DNA of 64,000 nucleotides. Origin: Pseudomonadales bacterium. Its GTDB lineage: Bacteria > Pseudomonadota > Gammaproteobacteria > Pseudomonadales > JANQJO01. Shown in pieces: positions 61,985 through 64,000 of this stretch. Numbering within the stretch: position 1 is the stretch's first letter; the number at the start of each line of letters is the position of its first letter. The notes below the pieces were generated by a model, which was not told where the DNA came from, did not search any database, and was given only the letters and a program-made list of their open reading frames with translations. The translations under genes and the position numbers were made by a program. The stretch lies in contig JANQJO010000022.1 in the NCBI GenBank assembly GCA_028281605.1, positions 5,590-69,589 of the forward strand, given 5' to 3'.

Positions 61985-62286
61985 CGTCCTGCCCCAATCC
62001 TAAAAGCAACTGTTTTTGTTTTTGTAATACGATGAGTATGGTGCAAAGTGCACGCATAAACTTTTTATTCGACTGCTTTTGCAAACTTATTTATTACCAG
62101 TTGGTAAATATTATTGTACAAGGCGAAGGGTTGGACAATTACAATATTGTTTGAAGTCGAAAAAAAAGCCTGCAAAGTGTAAAGTTTTGGTTGCAAATGA
62201 ATTATTTGAATGATCAGGAAATTTTTTGGCGTTGTCTATAGTAAGCTATATCTCCCTCACAGATGGATTTTAAGGTTTGCTGTGGG

Positions 62287-62306
62287 TTTATTTCGTGCTC
62301 GTTCCT
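62287..62306. repeat. Solo arm of the CACGAAAT palindromic element family
   Basis: TTTATTTCGTGCTCGTTCCT matches the right arm of the 56806-56960 element (56943-56960) and the reverse complement of its left terminus AGGAACGAGCACGAAATAAA. No partner arm is nearby. Confidence 0.6.
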
Positions 62307-62316
62307 ATAGGCTTGA

Positions 62317-63696
62317 TTAGCGTCTTATTGTTTCAAACTCTAATGGTTTCACTGTAGTCTTATTGAAGACAGGGTTGTTTTGATTATCTTTTTCATTATT
62401 GTGTTCTAAATTTTTGTATGCCCAGCCTCCATTAACAATGCTCCCTAATATTTTTGAGCGAAATACAGTGCCTTCGAACGGTGTCCATTGACATTGGTAT
62501 AAGCTACTCGTATGTGTTGCAGTGGTTAATCCTGATAGATCAATGAGGGCTAGATCAGCAAAGTAGCCTTCTCTAATATAACCTCGTTTTAAAATTTGGT
62601 ATCGTTTTGCAACGTTATGGCTTGTTTTTTCTACTAAAGTGTTTAAGGATAGTGTTTTGTCGTGGACGTGTTCCAGTAAGGATAATAGAGCATGCTGTAC
62701 CAGGGGTAACCCAGCAGGCGCTGTCCAGTAACTCTGGTTCTTCTCTGCAAAAGTATGTGGAGCATGATCTGTGGCAATGATATCTATATGCCCATCCCGT
62801 ACGGCATGTAGTAGCGCTGTACGGTCTGCTTCACTTTTGATGGAAGGATTGCATTTGATTAAAGTACCTTTTTGCTCGTAGTCTTGTTCTGAGAAAAACA
62901 AATGGTGTACGCATGCTTCTGCTGTGATTCGTTTTTGTTCAATTGGGCCTTGTATAAAAAGTTTGGCCTCTTCTGCTGTTGTTAAATGTAAAACATGCAG
63001 TTTGGCATCAAATTTATGTGCTAACTGCAGGGCTAACTGCGTTGACTTGATGCAAGCTTCACGTGAACGAATGTGTGCGTGCAGACGAATGGGTATGTCA
63101 TCACCATATTGGTTGCGATACTTTTGTTCATTTGCCAGAATTGTCGGGGTATCTTCGCAATGTGTGGCAATTAGGGTAGGTGCATAAGCAAATATATTTT
63201 CTAATACTTTGGGGTCATCAACAAGCATATTTCCGGTTGAAGCCCCCATAAAAACTTTAATGCCACAAACTTGAGTGGGGTCGATGCACTTAATTTCCTC
63301 TATATTGTCTTGAGTAGCACCTAAGTAGAATGAATAATTTGCGTAACTATTGCGAGCAGCTATGGCTTGCTTGGTCTGCAGTTGTTGTGATGAATCTGTT
63401 ATAGGGTTGCAATTTGGCATTTCCATAAAACTGGTGATGCCTCCTGCCACGGCGGCTTTTGATTCTGTAGCTATGGAGCCTTTTTGGGTCAAACCTGGCT
63501 CGCGAAAGTGTACTTGATCGTCAATCATGCCAGGTATGACTGTATTGCCTGCTAGATCGATGACTTCACGGGCTTTTAGTTTGGATAAATCTTTGCCAAT
63601 TTTATGAATACGTTGTTCCTTTATGGCAATATCGACCTCTTGAGTCTGGCCTTCGTTGACAACCTTTCCATTTAGCAGTAATAAAGAATAACTCAT
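62317..63696 (-). CDS. Dihydroorotase-like cyclic amidohydrolase (DHOase/allantoinase family)
   Basis: VIPGMIDDQVHFREPG (metal-binding HxH-type region), ATDHAPH, and a 459-aa amidohydrolase layout. The pyrC versus allantoinase/hydantoinase subtype cannot be resolved by eye. Confidence 0.78.
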   Translation of the reverse strand: MSYSLLLLNGKVVNEGQTQEVDIAIKEQRIHKIGKDLSKLKAREVIDLAGNTVIPGMIDDQVHFREPGLTQKGSIATESKAAVAGGITSFMEMPNCNPITDSSQQLQTKQAIAARNSYANYSFYLGATQDNIEEIKCIDPTQVCGIKVFMGASTGNMLVDDPKVLENIFAYAPTLIATHCEDTPTILANEQKYRNQYGDDIPIRLHAHIRSREACIKSTQLALQLAHKFDAKLHVLHLTTAEEAKLFIQGPIEQKRITAEACVHHLFFSEQDYEQKGTLIKCNPSIKSEADRTALLHAVRDGHIDIIATDHAPHTFAEKNQSYWTAPAGLPLVQHALLSLLEHVHDKTLSLNTLVEKTSHNVAKRYQILKRGYIREGYFADLALIDLSGLTTATHTSSLYQCQWTPFEGTVFRSKILGSIVNGGWAYKNLEHNNEKDNQNNPVFNKTTVKPLEFETIRR

Positions 63697-63822
63697 AGTT
63701 GAACCTCAGTAATTTTGTTGATTAGCTTATCAATACTGATTTGAGGGGTCAACCAGGTTATGTAACCTGTTACTTTGTCGTATAATGCGGTTTTATAACA
63801 TGGATTGATTTGCTTACGTGCT

Positions 63823-64000
63823 ATGGCTCAAATATTTGTAGAGAAACTGATTAATATTGATTTTACTTACTTTGATCTCAGTAGAGGATTGGTTGGTGAA
63901 ACACTTTGGGTGGATGTTGAGTTACAAGGTTGTTTGGATCACCAGGGTATGGTGCTAGATTTTGCCTGGGTAAAATCTGAGTTGAAAGCTAATATAGAAT
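63823..64000 (+). CDS. Start of a QueD/6-pyruvoyl-tetrahydropterin-synthase-family gene (3' end outside the window)
   Basis: Hand translation gives MAQIFVEKLINIDFTYFDLSRGLVGETLWVDVELQGCLDHQGMVLDFAWVKSELKANIE. The GMVLDF..VK pattern is PTPS/QueD-like. A TATAAT lies at 63781-63786. Confidence 0.55.
   Translation, partial: MAQIFVEKLINIDFTYFDLSRGLVGETLWVDVELQGCLDHQGMVLDFAWVKSELKANIE

Noticed and set aside
1-64000. A search by eye for tRNA, rRNA, CRISPR, integrase, transposase, prophage or toxin-antitoxin genes.
   Set aside because: None was recognised. The only mobile-looking DNA is the small non-autonomous palindromic repeat elements, which have no associated transposase in this window.

Overview
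This is a 64-kb chromosomal window from a moderately AT-rich proteobacterium. Gene orders such as ccmABCDE and gltA divergent from sdhCDAB look gammaproteobacterial, but I cannot name the taxon by eye. All homology calls come from reading motifs in the supplied translations; no searches were run.

Contents, left to right:
- ccmABCDE haem-export genes (-), including a ccmD missing from the ORF track.
- An orphan FliK-like / FlhB-C-terminal-like pair.
- An AT-rich orphan membrane protein.
- A 17.4-kb gene for a 5,791-aa repeat protein, followed by a small PEP-CTERM-like protein and an ABC + HlyD type I secretion pair.
- A divergent Rrf2 regulator and a sufB-C-D-S-U-A-T Fe-S operon.
- An M23 peptidase, a beta-hydroxyacid-dehydrogenase-like gene, gltA and sdhCDAB.
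- An AT-rich island with a roughly 700-aa orphan protein and a GT-C-like membrane protein.
- mltF and yajQ, two secreted or pilin-like hypotheticals, and a CRP-family regulator.
- Two tandem paralogous copies of an uncharacterised three-gene envelope cassette.
- A dihydroorotase-like amidohydrolase and the start of a QueD-like gene.

The cassette is the most interesting part. Each copy encodes a CxxCH protein, a CxxCH + LamG lipoprotein and a Tat-exported DUF1501-like protein.

Intergenic DNA carries a mosaic family of palindromic repeat elements with compensatory stem changes. One of them is inserted between sufB and sufC.

I recognised no rRNA, tRNA, CRISPR array, transposase or integrase.
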